From: Candidatus Saccharimonadota bacterium
GTDB lineage: Bacteria > Patescibacteriota > Saccharimonadia > Saccharimonadales > UBA10212
Length of the DNA: 64,000 nucleotides
Direction of reading: 5' to 3'
Assembly (NCBI GenBank): GCA_016187125.1
Contig: JACPKF010000001.1
Span: 38,931 to 102,930 of the forward strand
The notes under the pieces are model-generated. The model saw only the letters and a program-made list of their open reading frames with translations, was not told the DNA's origin and searched no databases. Shown in pieces: positions 41,072 to 51,700 of the stretch. How positions within the stretch are numbered: position 1 is the stretch's first letter; the number at the start of each line of letters is the position of its first letter. Position numbers and translations under genes: made by a program.

Positions 41072-43159
41072 TTATTTTCCGGATTTGGCAATAATGCCTT
41101 CCGCAACATTGTTCGGGACGTCGGCGTAATGATCAAGTTCCATGCTACTGCTGGCCCTACCCTGCGTAGAGCTGCGCAAAGATGTGGTGTAGCCAAACAT
41201 TTCGCCAAGTGGGACAAAGGCGGTAATTTCTTTAATGCCCGAAGATAGATCTTCCATTGATTCCACCCGGCCACGCTTGGAATTAAGATCGCCGATTACG
41301 TCTCCCATAAAGGCTTCGGGCACCACCACGACGATTTTCATGATTGGCTCAAGAAGCACCGGAGCAGACTTTTTAAAAGCATCTTGAAAGGCCATAGACC
41401 CGGCAATTTTAAAGGCTATTTCGCTACTGTCCACGTCGTGGTAGCTGCCGTCATACAGTTCAACTTTGACGTCTACGACTGGGTAGCCAGCAATAACACC
41501 GTTAGCCATAGCTTCTTCGATGCCGGCTTTGACAGCCGGAATGAATTCGCTAGGAATTGCCCCTCCCTTAATAGCGTTTATAAATTCAAAGCCCTTGCCA
41601 GCTTCATTCTGGGACAGTCGGACGACCGTATGGCCGTACTGTCCGCGACCGCCAGTCTGGCGAATGTATTTGCCTTCGGCTTCAACGCCGTCTTTACGGA
41701 TAGTTTCGCGGTAGGCAACCTGCGGTTGGCCGACGCTGCCCTCGACGGCGAACTCACGCTTCATGCGATCGACAATAATTTCTAGATGCAACTCGCCCAT
41801 GCCGGAGATAATAGTCTGGCCAGTTTCATGATCCACCTTGATGCGGAACGTCGGATCTTCTTCAGCCAGCCGCTGCAAGGCCATACTCATTTTTTCTTGG
41901 TCGGCTTTGGTTTTAGGCTCAATGGCAATACTGACTGGCGGCTCCGGAAAGGTAATGCTTTCTAAAACTATCGGGTGGGCCAGGTCGCACAGAGTGTGCC
42001 CGGTAGTGGTGCCTTTCAGGCCAACGATTGCGGCGATATCGCCGGCTTCTACCTCGGTTACGTCTTCACGTTTGTCGGCGTGCATCCGAACAATTCGTCC
42101 GACTCGTTCTTTTTCACCCGTCGAGCTATTCAAAATGTAACTTCCGGCTACGGCTTTGCCCGAATAAACTCTAAAAAAAGCCAGTTTACCAACAAATACG
42201 TCGGTGGCAATCTTAAACGCCAAAGCGGCCAGCGGTTGGTTAGAATCAGGTGTTCTCTCAATTTCATCGCCGGTTTTTGGGCTAATGCCCCAAGTTGATC
42301 CTCTGTCCAGAGGCGAAGGTAAATAGTCTGTTATAGCGTCTAGCAGTTTCTCGACAATCACGCCCCGACCATCGCCGCCCGAAACCACGAAAAATTTGCC
42401 TGTCAAAACAGCTGAACGGATGGCTTGCTTAACTTCTTGTTCAGTCAAACCGTCTTCGCCAACTTCAAAATACTTCTCAAGGGTTTTTTCGTCCTCGGCG
42501 ACAGCGTTTTCGACAAGCAGTGAGCGATATTTTTTGACTTTCTCCATCATATCGCCCGGAATTTCGGTTTCGGTAAGGTTCTTGTCGGCATAGTCTTTAT
42601 AGGTATAGGCCTTCATTGATATCAGATCCACGATGCCGCTATTCGATTGCTCAAAACCGATCGGCAAATGGATTGGGAAAGTCCGCTTGGAAAGACGGTG
42701 GTGAATAGAGTCCAAACTTTTGTAAAAATCGCCGCCGGTTTGGTTGATTTTATTGATAAAACAGATACGAGGCACATTGTATTTATCGGCCTGGCGCCAG
42801 ACAGTTTCGGATTGTGATTCGACGCCCATCTTGCCGTCAAAAACTACCACCGCGCCGTCAAGCACCCGCAAGCTGCGCTCCACCTCAACCGTGAAGTCAA
42901 TGTGGCCAGGCGTGTCGATAATATTAATCTTGTGATCTTTCCAAAAACAGGTAACGGCGGCGGCCGTTATAGTAATACCGCGTTCTTTTTCCTGGGCCAT
43001 CCAGTCGGTGGTGGTATCGCCTTCGTGGACTTCGCCGATTTTGTGCTTCAAACCGGTCCGGTAAAGAATCGCCTCGGTAGTTGTGGTTTTACCGGCGTCA
43101 ATGTGAGCAATAATGCCGATGTTTCTTACCTGTTTTAGATCGTATTTTTTGTCTGCCAT
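41072..43159 (-). CDS. fusA: elongation factor G
   Basis: 695 aa containing [17 protein letters not shown] and DTPGHIDF. Confidence 0.96.
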   Translation of the reverse strand: MADKKYDLKQVRNIGIIAHIDAGKTTTTEAILYRTGLKHKIGEVHEGDTTTDWMAQEKERGITITAAAVTCFWKDHKINIIDTPGHIDFTVEVERSLRVLDGAVVVFDGKMGVESQSETVWRQADKYNVPRICFINKINQTGGDFYKSLDSIHHRLSKRTFPIHLPIGFEQSNSGIVDLISMKAYTYKDYADKNLTETEIPGDMMEKVKKYRSLLVENAVAEDEKTLEKYFEVGEDGLTEQEVKQAIRSAVLTGKFFVVSGGDGRGVIVEKLLDAITDYLPSPLDRGSTWGISPKTGDEIERTPDSNQPLAALAFKIATDVFVGKLAFFRVYSGKAVAGSYILNSSTGEKERVGRIVRMHADKREDVTEVEAGDIAAIVGLKGTTTGHTLCDLAHPIVLESITFPEPPVSIAIEPKTKADQEKMSMALQRLAEEDPTFRIKVDHETGQTIISGMGELHLEIIVDRMKREFAVEGSVGQPQVAYRETIRKDGVEAEGKYIRQTGGRGQYGHTVVRLSQNEAGKGFEFINAIKGGAIPSEFIPAVKAGIEEAMANGVIAGYPVVDVKVELYDGSYHDVDSSEIAFKIAGSMAFQDAFKKSAPVLLEPIMKIVVVVPEAFMGDVIGDLNSKRGRVESMEDLSSGIKEITAFVPLGEMFGYTTSLRSSTQGRASSSMELDHYADVPNNVAEGIIAKSGK

Positions 43160-43232
43160 AATTTAGCTCTTAGCTTTGAGCTGATAGCTATTAGCTCAAA
43201 GGGGTTGTCAGTTCTATTAATTTTTACTGTCA

Positions 43233-43514
43233 TCAAAACGTTGCGATCCCTTCCTTGAGTTGCATAATATTAGTTTCGATTTGCTCGCGAGTTAGCGTAC
43301 AGCCGAGAGACCTGAGATCGTATTCAGCAACGTTTCGAGTTTGTTCAATCCTTAATTTTGCCACATCCAGACCTGTTAATGGATCTTCTTCTGGGAACTT
43401 CATAGCTTCCAAAGCAGAGACCACTGTTACTTCTGTTCTGCAAGCTACGCGAAATATACTATTGCATTCTTCAGAACATAGAAGACATCTCTGAATTTCT
43501 TCTTGCGCTGACAT
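43233..43514 (-). CDS. hypothetical 93-aa protein between rpsG and fusA
   Basis: The ATG lies 1 nt after the rpsG TAG, with GAGGA 6 nt upstream (MSAQEEIQRCLLCSEECNS...). No family recognised. Confidence 0.4.
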   Translation of the reverse strand: MSAQEEIQRCLLCSEECNSIFRVACRTEVTVVSALEAMKFPEEDPLTGLDVAKLRIEQTRNVAEYDLRSLGCTLTREQIETNIMQLKEGIATF

Positions 43515-43515
43515 A

Positions 43516-43995
43516 CTAGGTCCTCGCAAAGTGGGCGAAAGCCCGGTTGGCTTCGGCCATTTTATGGACGTCTTCTTTTTTCTTGACGGCTCCGCCGGCA
43601 GTGTTATAAGCGTCTATCAGCTCCTGAGCTATTCGGTCTTCCATGCTCATACCCTTACGGCCTCGCGCGGCCTCGACAAACCACATTACGGACAAGTGCT
43701 GTTGGCGCTGGCCTTTAACTTCGAACGGTATCTGGTAATTGGCTCCGCCAACCCGGCGCGAGCGAGTTTCCAGATGCGGCTGGATGTTTTTCATGGCTTG
43801 TTCAAAAACTTCCAGCGGGTTTTTAACTTTAAGCTTATCGGCAGCCTTTTGCATACCGTTGTAAACCAGCCGTTCGGCTAGCTGTTTTTTACCATCCAGC
43901 ATCACCCGATTGATAAGCTTAGCAACTTGGGTGCTGTTATATAATCGGTCGGGCTCAACTGGGCGTACCAGAGATTTTGTTGTCTTACGCGGCAC
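43516..43995 (-). CDS. rpsG: 30S ribosomal protein S7
   Basis: MPRKTTKSLVRPVEPDRLYNSTQVAKLINRVMLDGKKQLAERLVY. Confidence 0.93.
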   Translation of the reverse strand: MPRKTTKSLVRPVEPDRLYNSTQVAKLINRVMLDGKKQLAERLVYNGMQKAADKLKVKNPLEVFEQAMKNIQPHLETRSRRVGGANYQIPFEVKGQRQQHLSVMWFVEAARGRKGMSMEDRIAQELIDAYNTAGGAVKKKEDVHKMAEANRAFAHFART

Positions 43996-44100
43996 GACGA
44001 GCTCCGGTCGTAGAAATTAGAAAGTAGAAACTAGGAACTAGCTTTGCTGCGCTTAATTGCTTATTGCTAATTGCTAATTGCTTAAAAATGCTTTGCATTT
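43996..44100 (-). repeat. rpsL-rpsG spacer, family C
   Basis: GTAGAAATTAGAAAGTAGAAACTAGGAACTAG...CTTAATTGCTTATTGCTAATTGCTAATTGC. Confidence 0.65.
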
Positions 44101-44511
44101 TTATTTTCCTTTTTTAGCTCCATACTTTGAGCGGCCTTTCTTACGGTCTTGGACTCCTTGCAAATCCAGGTTACCACGCACAATGTGGTAGCGCACACCA
44201 GGCAAGTCTTTTACTCGTCCACCCCTGACTAGTACTACTGCGTGTTCTTGTAAATTGTGTCCCTCGCCGCCAATGTAGGCCCAGACTTCGTGACCATTAG
44301 TTAGGCGGACACGGGCAACCTTACGCAAGGCCGAGTTAGGTTTCTTGGGAGTCTTGGTGGTTACACGAATGCATACCCCGCGCTTAAACGGCGCCGGCTT
44401 GTCATAGCTTTTAGTTTGCAGGTTATTAACAATGCGCTGAAGGGCTGGAGACTTAGTTTTAGTGCCCGCTAACTTACGTGGCTTACGAATTAGTTGATTT
44501 ACTGTCGGCAT
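44101..44511 (-). CDS. rpsL: 30S ribosomal protein S12
   Basis: [13 protein letters not shown]...[19 protein letters not shown]. Start re-called to 44511, with CGACGAAAGGAG upstream. Confidence 0.94.
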   Translation of the reverse strand: MPTVNQLIRKPRKLAGTKTKSPALQRIVNNLQTKSYDKPAPFKRGVCIRVTTKTPKKPNSALRKVARVRLTNGHEVWAYIGGEGHNLQEHAVVLVRGGRVKDLPGVRYHIVRGNLDLQGVQDRKKGRSKYGAKKGK

Positions 44512-44665
44512 TAGGTAGCTCCTTTCGTCGCTACAACTACCATTTGCCATTTATCACTAGCCAAATTATTTTCCATTTGCCATTTATCCAGAGTTTTTGT
44601 AAATGCTAAATGGTACCTAATTGGTAAATGCGAATTGGTAATTGGTAAATTTCTTGTTGAGTCTA
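44512..44665 (-). repeat. rpoC-rpsL spacer, family A variant (CCATTTGCCATTTATC twice / AATTGGTAAATG arm)
   Basis: CCATTTGCCATTTATCAC...CCATTTGCCATTTATCC...AAATGGTACCTAATTGGTAAATGCGAATTGGTAATTGGTAAAT. Confidence 0.6.
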
Positions 44666-47600
44666 TCACTGTTTTACCTCTGTTGCAAGATCCGCTGCTG
44701 CAGTTTCTTTGTCGTCATCTTTTTGAGCACCGGTACCTACAGGGATGAGCCGGCCGAGGATTACATTTTCTTTAAGACCGTAAAGCCGGTCGACTTTACC
44801 ACTAGTAGCCGCCGCAATCAAAACTCTAGTGGTATCCTGGAATGAGGCAGCAGAAAGGAAGGAGTCCGTACTGAGTGAGGCTTTAGTTATTCCCAAAAGC
44901 AGTTGATTATATTTTACAACGCGTTTCTTAGCTTTTACGAGCTTTTCATTAGCTTCTACGACTGCTAACTTACTGACGATATCGCCAGTGATAAATTGAC
45001 TGTCGCCGGAGTCTTCTATCTGCACGCGGCTAAACATCTGACGGATGATAACCTCCAGGTGTTTGTCGGCAATTGTTTGACCTTGGCTAGCAAAAATGTA
45101 TAGAATTTCATTCATTATGTAGCACTGAGTCGCTTCGATGCCCTGCAGCCGCATTAACTCATGCAAATTGATTGAACCATTTGTTAAGCGTTGGCCAGCC
45201 ACAACCGAGTCGCCATCGGCTACCAGCAATTGTTTAAAGCCAGGGATTTCATAATTGATAGTACTTTTAGCGGTAGGGGTAATGGTTACTCCGTTCTTAT
45301 CCACACTAACCTTCCCGACCATGGTGGCATGAATGGGTTCGCTACCGTCCTCGTTGGCGGCTATAACATCACCAAGATTAACTTCGTCGCCGGTTTTGAT
45401 ACTGGGATGACGATCGCCAATCGAAATCTCCACTGGTTTTTGCTTTTTGGCCGTCACTTGTACTATGTAGTGGTCGCCTTCCTCCCAGGTGTTAACAACA
45501 CCCGTGATATCTGTCAAAAAAGCTTGACCCTTAGGCGTGCGGACTTCTAAAAGTTCTTCCACTCGGGTTAGACCTTGGGTGACGTCATCGCGGGCAGTAA
45601 CTGCGCCGGCTCGGTGTTTGGAATCAAGTGAAAGCTGAGTGCCAGGTTCACCGATTGACTGAGCAGCAATGACACCAATCGGGTAATCATTGGCAACCAG
45701 TCGTCCGGTAGCAAGGTCAAGACCATATGATTCCTGGCTAACACCACGGACACTAGCACAAGATAAAACACTCATAATGCGGACTGTCTTAACCGTCTCA
45801 TCTTCCTCAATAGCCTTAGCAATCTCCGGAGTAATCATAGCGCCAGCTTTGACATATCTTTTAACATTTTCGGCCGCAAAACGGCCAATCAGCCTGCCGC
45901 CAAAAGCAATATTGATGGCTTCCGATTCAGATCTGTGAACCGGGAAACCGGGGTCTTCACAATCTTGCTTGACCGTAAAGACGTCTTGGGCAACATCTAC
46001 CAGCCGCCGAGTTAAGTAACCAGAGTCGGCTGTACGAAGAGCAATATCGATTAGTGACTTTCGAGTGCCTCGGGTAGCTGTAAAATATTCAAGCGGCGAC
46101 AGCCCGTATTTGTAGTTGCTTCTTACGGGTAGCTCGATGGCCCGACCAGTAGCATCGGCAAACATACCAAGCATACCGACACTCTTTTTCATCTGACTGA
46201 TGTTGCCACGGGCGCCGGAGGCTATGGCAATCGACATGGTATTGTCCTCAGTGGCAAACTGTTCGGCCAAGGCTTGTTCCACTTTAGTGTCGACATCAGT
46301 CCAGGTCTCAACAGTCAGACGATAACGTTCATCGTCAGTAATAAAACCAGCACCGTATTGTTTGGATATTTCAGTCGCTCTGGCTTCGCCTTCTTCAACG
46401 ATTTTGGGAAGCTCCGTAAGATCCGAAAAATCGTTCATACTAATAGATAAGCCCGAGTAAGTGGCGTAGCTAAAGCCCAGATCTTTAAGATCATCAGCAA
46501 TTAAAGCTGTTGCGTCTTGGCCATATTTTTGGTATGTCATTGTCATAACCAAGTCCAGCTTTTTATTAGTCATGGCCACGTTTTGGAAAGGAAAATCCTC
46601 GGGAAATATTTCGTTGAACAAAAGTCTGCCAACTGTAGTATCCCGGACTTCACCGCGAAACGGAATATTGACTCGATTCTGTAAATTAATTAAACCATCA
46701 TCTAGGGCCAGTAGTGCTTCTTCCAAACTAGCGAAGTCGACTGGCTTTTCATTTTCGGTGCCTGGGCGTTGATATGTTAGATAGTAGCAACCTAGCACAA
46801 TATCTTGTTCGACATGCAAAATAGGTGAACCGTCGGCCGGCTTTAGCAAGTTTTTATTGGAAGCCATGATGTTGCTGGCTTCGGCCTGGGCTTTTTCACC
46901 AAGTGGTAAGTGGACAGCCATCTGGTCACCGTCGAAGTCAGCGTTAAAACCTTTACAAACCAGCGGGTGAAGCTGGATAGCTTTACCTTCGATCAGCACT
47001 GGCTGAAAAGCCTGAATACTCAGACGATGTAGGCTAGGCGCACGGTTAAGCAGCACATATTTGTTTTTAATAACCTCATCAAGGGCGTCCCAGACAACAC
47101 TGTCACCGGTTTCCAACATCCGCGTAGCGCTGCGGATATTATGTGCCAGCTCTTGGTCAATTAAACGACCGATAACAAAGGGCTTAAAGAGCTCCAGAGC
47201 CATTGTCTTTGGCAAACCACACTGATACATTTTCAGCTCTGGTCCAGCAACAATTACACTGCGACCTGAGTAATCTACGCGCTTACCAAGAAGGTTCTGG
47301 CGAAAGCGGCCTTGTTTGCCTTTGAGCATGTCTGACAAGCTCTTGAGACGGCGACGCTGGCCGGTAGCAGCTACAGCCCGACCAGACCGGGCATTGTTGT
47401 TATCAATCAGAGCATCCACAGCTTCCTGTAACATTCGTTGCTCATTACGACGAATAACTTCCGGAGCATTAAGTTCCATTAATTTTTTAAGCCGGTTATT
47501 ACGATTAATCACCCGACGGTATAAATCATTTAAGTCGCTGGTTGCAAAACGCCCACCGGTTAATTGCACCATTGGGCGAAGATCCGGTGGGATTACCGGC

Positions 47601-48505
47601 AGTACCGTTACGCACATGCTTGACGGTTTAATGCCAGCACGCTCCATACTCTCGAGCAGGCGCAGTCGCTTCATAATTTTCTTCTTGCGCTGGCCTTTGG
47701 CTTCATCAGCTTCTTTATTTAAATCTTTAATTAGCTTACTAAGGTCAACTTCATCCAACAGCTCTTTAATGGCTGCGCCGCCCATACCGACCTTAATCAA
47801 TGATTGTAGATTATCTGGCAAGCTTCGGTAGTCTGTCTCACTCAGCAGATTAAACTTGGCAAGCACCGAAATCACATTTTTAAATTGCTCTGCTTTAGCC
47901 GCCAGCTCTTCAAGTTCACGAGCTTGGGTTTGAGCTAACTCCTTAACATTCGCTCCACCGGTTGGTAGCTTCTTTTCGGCCTCGGCTTTATACTTGGCTT
48001 TAATAGCAGACTCGGTGGCAGTGAAGCTGGCTTGCTTATCGGCTATGATTTTATCTAGGGCAGCGGTGTTAACATTTTTAATAATGTAACTAGCAAAGTA
48101 AGCAATACGTTCTAGATTTTTGACAGTCATGCCCAGAAGCAAGCCAATCGCACTGGGTGTGCCACGCAAAAACCAAATATGTGCTGCAGGACAAGCCAGA
48201 GTGACGTGACCCATTCGTTCGCGCCGGACAATACTGCGAGTAACCAATTCACCGTTTTTATCAACCGCTGCTTCACGGCTGCGAACCCCTTTGTATTTAG
48301 CATCGTGTGGGTTGATATCCTTAACAGGGCCAAAAATACGTTCACAGAACAAACCATCACGTTCCGGTTTCTGGGTTCGATAATTTATAGTTTCAGGTTT
48401 GGTGACTTCCCCATAACTCCAATCCAATATGTCGTCTGGGCTGGCGATGGCTAGTCGAACAGCGTCAAAATCGGCAATATTGGTTCCAGGGTTATAATTT
48501 CTCAC
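44666..48505 (-). CDS. rpoC: DNA-directed RNA polymerase subunit beta-prime
   Basis: 1279 aa containing NADFDGDQMAVH (catalytic Mg site). Preceded by CGACTGAAAGGAG. Confidence 0.96.
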   Translation of the reverse strand: MRNYNPGTNIADFDAVRLAIASPDDILDWSYGEVTKPETINYRTQKPERDGLFCERIFGPVKDINPHDAKYKGVRSREAAVDKNGELVTRSIVRRERMGHVTLACPAAHIWFLRGTPSAIGLLLGMTVKNLERIAYFASYIIKNVNTAALDKIIADKQASFTATESAIKAKYKAEAEKKLPTGGANVKELAQTQARELEELAAKAEQFKNVISVLAKFNLLSETDYRSLPDNLQSLIKVGMGGAAIKELLDEVDLSKLIKDLNKEADEAKGQRKKKIMKRLRLLESMERAGIKPSSMCVTVLPVIPPDLRPMVQLTGGRFATSDLNDLYRRVINRNNRLKKLMELNAPEVIRRNEQRMLQEAVDALIDNNNARSGRAVAATGQRRRLKSLSDMLKGKQGRFRQNLLGKRVDYSGRSVIVAGPELKMYQCGLPKTMALELFKPFVIGRLIDQELAHNIRSATRMLETGDSVVWDALDEVIKNKYVLLNRAPSLHRLSIQAFQPVLIEGKAIQLHPLVCKGFNADFDGDQMAVHLPLGEKAQAEASNIMASNKNLLKPADGSPILHVEQDIVLGCYYLTYQRPGTENEKPVDFASLEEALLALDDGLINLQNRVNIPFRGEVRDTTVGRLLFNEIFPEDFPFQNVAMTNKKLDLVMTMTYQKYGQDATALIADDLKDLGFSYATYSGLSISMNDFSDLTELPKIVEEGEARATEISKQYGAGFITDDERYRLTVETWTDVDTKVEQALAEQFATEDNTMSIAIASGARGNISQMKKSVGMLGMFADATGRAIELPVRSNYKYGLSPLEYFTATRGTRKSLIDIALRTADSGYLTRRLVDVAQDVFTVKQDCEDPGFPVHRSESEAINIAFGGRLIGRFAAENVKRYVKAGAMITPEIAKAIEEDETVKTVRIMSVLSCASVRGVSQESYGLDLATGRLVANDYPIGVIAAQSIGEPGTQLSLDSKHRAGAVTARDDVTQGLTRVEELLEVRTPKGQAFLTDITGVVNTWEEGDHYIVQVTAKKQKPVEISIGDRHPSIKTGDEVNLGDVIAANEDGSEPIHATMVGKVSVDKNGVTITPTAKSTINYEIPGFKQLLVADGDSVVAGQRLTNGSINLHELMRLQGIEATQCYIMNEILYIFASQGQTIADKHLEVIIRQMFSRVQIEDSGDSQFITGDIVSKLAVVEANEKLVKAKKRVVKYNQLLLGITKASLSTDSFLSAASFQDTTRVLIAAATSGKVDRLYGLKENVILGRLIPVGTGAQKDDDKETAAADLATEVKQ

Positions 48506-48551
48506 ATGCAGCTCCTTTCAGTCGCTTAGGTAAAATATGAAATGCTAGATG

Positions 48552-48680
48552 TGAAGCGCTCCACGGACTAAAGTCCATGGCTTCAGGCTTGCGGCTTTCG
48601 GAGCGTGGAACCCCGCACCGAAAGCCAGAACTGGCATTCAGCCCCGAACTAAAGTTCGAGGCTTTCTGGTGCGTGGGTAA
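48552..48680 (-). repeat. 130-nt structured repeat, copy 2 (element sense is the minus strand, i.e. mRNA sense, in the rpoB-rpoC spacer)
   Basis: Its reverse complement aligns with 9477-9606 at about 85% identity, with indels. Hairpins are CCTCGAAC-TTTA-GTTCGGGG and CCATGGAC-TTTA-GTCCGTGG. Confidence 0.75.
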
Positions 48681-48769
48681 GAAGCTAGCTGCGATGAATG
48701 TTCGTATCTGATTATTGCTTATTACTATTTGCCTGTCCACCGTAGCCTTGGCGAAGGCGGGCTTATTGC

Positions 48770-51700
48770 TCATGAGGCGGCCTCTTCGCTAGTTTCATCG
48801 TCACTACTACCATTGACCGTTATGCCAGCAGCTAGACCATTATCGTCGATATCAACAGTTGTGGTGTCGTCAAGATGCGCGCTGCTAAATTGATCTGCCA
48901 CGTTGTTATCGGTTACACCGACGTCACCGATTATGCCTACAGGAGGGGTAATCTTAGGCGCATGAGCGGCTTCGTCTTTAATATTGCGGGCCAGAACTTC
49001 TTCGGCGTCAATAATCTTATTGTCACTGGTAAGCAAATCAACTTTAAGCCCAAGGCCCTGAAGTTCTTTGACAAGTACATTGAAGCTTTCCGGTACTTTC
49101 GGTCCTTGGATCGGTGTACTTTTAATAATGCTTTCATAAGCTTTAGCCCGACCATAAACGTCATCAGATTTAATGGTTAGCATTTCCTGAAGGGTATGAG
49201 CCGCCCCATAAGCTTCCAAGGCCCAGACTTCCATTTCGCCAAAGCGTTGGCCGCCGTTTTGGGCTTTACCGCCAAGAGGCTGCTGGGTGACCATAGTATA
49301 TGGTCCCGTAGAGCGAGCATGAATTTTGTCGCTAACCATATGATTAAGTTTAATAATGTACATACTGCCGACTGTTGTACGTTCGGAGAATGCCTGACCA
49401 GTGCGTCCATCATAAAGTTGCTGCTTACCATCGGTAGGCAGTCCTGCCTCCTTTAAGAGGCTTTGGATCTTATCATTTGGTACGCCGTTAAAGGACGGGC
49501 TGGCTACTTTTATGCCGAGTGCTTGGGCGGCCATCCCTAGATGAGTTTCAAATAATTGGCCAATATTCATGCGTGATGGGACACCCAGTGGGTTAAGAAT
49601 GATATCAATCGGCGTGCCACCTTCGTTAAATGGCATATCTTCTATAGGTAGGATTCTAGCAATAACACCTTTGTTACCGTGCCGTCCGCCGAGTTTATCG
49701 CCAACGCTGATTTTGCGCATTTGGGCTACAAAAACCTGAATCTGCATGATAACGCCGGCTTTCAGCTCATGCCCGGAAGCCCGTGAGAAAACTTTAACGC
49801 CAACGACTTTGCCATGCCGGCCGGTGCTCATGCGCTGAGAAGTATCACGAACTTCTTTGGCTTTTTCGCCAAAAATTGCTCGCAGCAAGCGTTCTTCACT
49901 GGAAAGTTCTTGCTCGCCTTTTGGCGTAATTTTGCCCACCAAAATGTCGCTGGGATGAACTTCGGCGCCGATGCGCACAATGCCATCTTCGTCAAGGTGT
50001 CTGAGTGACTCTTCGGAGACGTTAGGAATATCGCGGGTAACAATTTCTGGACCTAACTTGGTTTCGCGAACTTCGGTCATGTAGTCCACGATATGGATCG
50101 AGGTTAGAGTGTCATCTTCAACTAGTCGCCGCGAAATAATAATTGCATCTTCGAAGTTATAACCGGACCAGGGCATAAAAGCTACTAGCAGATCTTTACC
50201 TAGAGCTAGTTCACCATTTTGGGTACTCATACCTTCAATTATCGGCTGCCCGGCTTTGACTCTGTCGCCACTATCTACAACTACGATTTGATTAATGCAA
50301 CTGCCTTCGTTACTGCGCATAAAGTGCACGGGATTGTAGGTAACTTTTTTGCCGGTTTTGTATTTGACGACTACTTCATCAGCCGTAGCTTTTAAGACTT
50401 CACCATCAGCCTCAGCGGTAATTAATTGGCCAGTATTGGCAGCTACTACTTCCTCAAAGCCAGTGCCTACAACCGGACTCTTCGGCTGAATGAGCGGTAC
50501 AGCTTGTCGCTGCTGGTTAGAGCCCATTAAGGACCGAAGCACGTAGTTTTTTTCTATGAATGGCACTAACCCAGCACTACTACCAATGGTTTGGGCGCGG
50601 CTGGCGTCCATATGAGTAATTTCATTAGCGTCAACCTCACCTGGCTCCAAACGATTGCGGACACTTATGCGAGCATCAATAAAGTAGCCGTCTTTGTCGA
50701 TTTCGTTACCGGCGCCGGCAATTACAGCTTGCAATTCCTCCGACGCATCTAGATAAATTATTTGATTGGTAACCTTGGCTTTAACAGGCCAAGTCTTTCT
50801 AGATTTAACCGCTGCTAGCCTCTTGGCAGCAGCGACTGTTATGAGCGCGCCGGCTTTAACAATAGTGGTACCTTTTTCGTTTTCAAGATTAACCGCCGCA
50901 ATATGACCAGGAGCTTCTTTAGGCGTAACAGAATTAATAACTTTTCTATAAGGGGTTTCGATAAAGCCATATTCATTAATACGAGCATAGCTGGCCAAGT
51001 TGAGTACCAGACCGATATTAGCCCCTTCCGGAGTTTCCACCGGACAGATGCGGCCATAATGGGTGGCATGGGCGTCGCGAACTTCAAAGCCGGCCCGTTC
51101 ACGTGATAAGCCGCCTGGCCCCATAGACGAAAGACGGCGTTTGTGTGCTAGTTCGGATAGCGGATTAATCTGGTCCATAAACTGTGACAGCTGAGAACTG
51201 GCAAAGAATTCGCGAACGGCGGCCACAACCGGACGGGCATTTATAAGCTGCGCCGGCGTGACTGTTTCTATATCGGACATCGACATGCGATCTTTAGCGT
51301 TACGCTCCATTCTAAGCAGGCCGATTCGGAACTGACGCTGAACCAGCTCGCCAACTAGTTTGACTCGGCGGTTGGCTAAGCTGTCAATTTCATCACCCGG
51401 TTCCTGAGTGTTATTGAGGCGAATAATTTCGGCAATGATAGCGACGAGATCTTCGATCCGCATTACTCGGTTTGCGGAATTATTAGGCACCTCCAAGTTC
51501 AAGCGTTTATTGAGTTTGTAACGACCGACTTTACCAAAATCGAAGCGCTTAAAGTTGTAAAGCATGTTTTCTATGAGACTCCGGGCATTTTCAACAGTCG
51601 CCAAATCGCCCGGCCGCAGCCGTCTATAGACTTCAATCAAAGCTTCGTTAGTACTGTGCGCCGGGTCCTTTTCTAGCGTTGCATCTACATAACTGTGCTC

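Noticed and set aside
48492-48773. 93-codon ORF spanning the rpoB-rpoC spacer
   Set aside because: It is composed of two repeat elements. The other copy of the 130-nt element (9477-9606) has indels that break this frame, so the conservation is at the nucleotide or structure level.
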